64,000 nucleotides of DNA from Octopus sinensis (Eukaryota). The stretch covers positions 17,124,464-17,188,463 of the forward strand of contig NC_043011.1 in the NCBI RefSeq assembly GCF_006345805.1. Direction: 5' to 3'. Of the stretch, positions 63,350 to 64,000 are shown in pieces. The notes under the pieces are model-generated. The model did no database searches. It was not told where the DNA came from and was given only the letters and a program-made list of their open reading frames with translations. The position numbers and the translations under genes were made by a program. Within the stretch, counting starts at the first letter, position 1. Every line of letters starts with the position of its first letter.

Positions 63350-63900
63350 TTGCTCTTTATTCACACGCATCACTCAATCACTGCAAGCCACAAGCCTTTG
63401 ATTACTAACTGATGTAATAGTTCTCTGAACTTTCTCCAACTAATTTCTATTCCAATAACCATACTTCAAGAAAATCCTCTTCCACTGCTAATGTAGTCCT
63501 TCATTGCTGATAAGTAGCAGAATCTATCATCTCTAAGAACTCACTTCAGCATTCAATAAAATCTATTTCCCTTATATTCTTTGTGTTTATTGCTCCTGCA
63601 AATCTTCCACAAACAGATGCCTTTTTCTCTCCAGAATCATTAATCTTTGTTAACCTTCTTGTGATTTCAATGCTCCTTTTATGTTTCTCTAGCTTGCACT
63701 GAGTACACCATATTGAATTTCTACCTGCACTTTCCTAAATATCAAACAAGGTGATTTTTCTAAATGGATTAACATCCTATCTCCTTTCCTACTAACTAGA
63801 ACTTTGGTCTTTTGTGTTCAAGTTAATTTGAAGCTCTTTGATTCCAGATCTTGCTTCCACACTAGGAATTTCTTCCCTAATTCTACTACAAACTCAGCTC
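63350..63900 (-). mobile_element. Decayed RTE-clade LINE with a Cys/His finger remnant
   Basis: GRNSIWCTQCKL..HKRS.....L....VCGRF.GAINT. Confidence 0.55.
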
Positions 63901-64000
63901 AAAGAACAAGGTCTTCTACCTGGAGCAGTGCCCTTGGGCAACCTGCCTAAACACCACTCTAATCGCCTGAAGAACAATGATAAATAAGTGACTTAGAATT

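Overview
Very AT-rich, repeat-dense eukaryotic DNA that looks like an octopus (Octopus sp.) intron or intergenic region. This rests on abundant tRNA-derived SINEs resembling the known octopus families and on TA/CA/TAT microsatellites. No host protein-coding gene can be supported. The ORF track is almost entirely microsatellite and SINE read-through, plus decayed transposon pieces (RTE, CR1-like and R4-like LINEs, mariners, a Helitron PIF1 helicase fragment, a Penelope GIY-YIG fragment). The main result is a set of unrelated non-coding elements carrying type I hammerhead ribozymes (HHR) with palindromic stem III. Three of them (9.5-10.1 kb, 29.3-30.6 kb, 50.4-51.0 kb) share one architecture: tandem or unit-length monomers joined head-to-head to an inverted copy, with the 3' tails pointing outward into TA microsatellite. 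This fits Penelope-mobilised, retrozyme-like (circular RNA) elements. Two well-formed HHRs and one degenerate HHR have an unusually large insertion in loop II. All folds were derived by eye and are untested.
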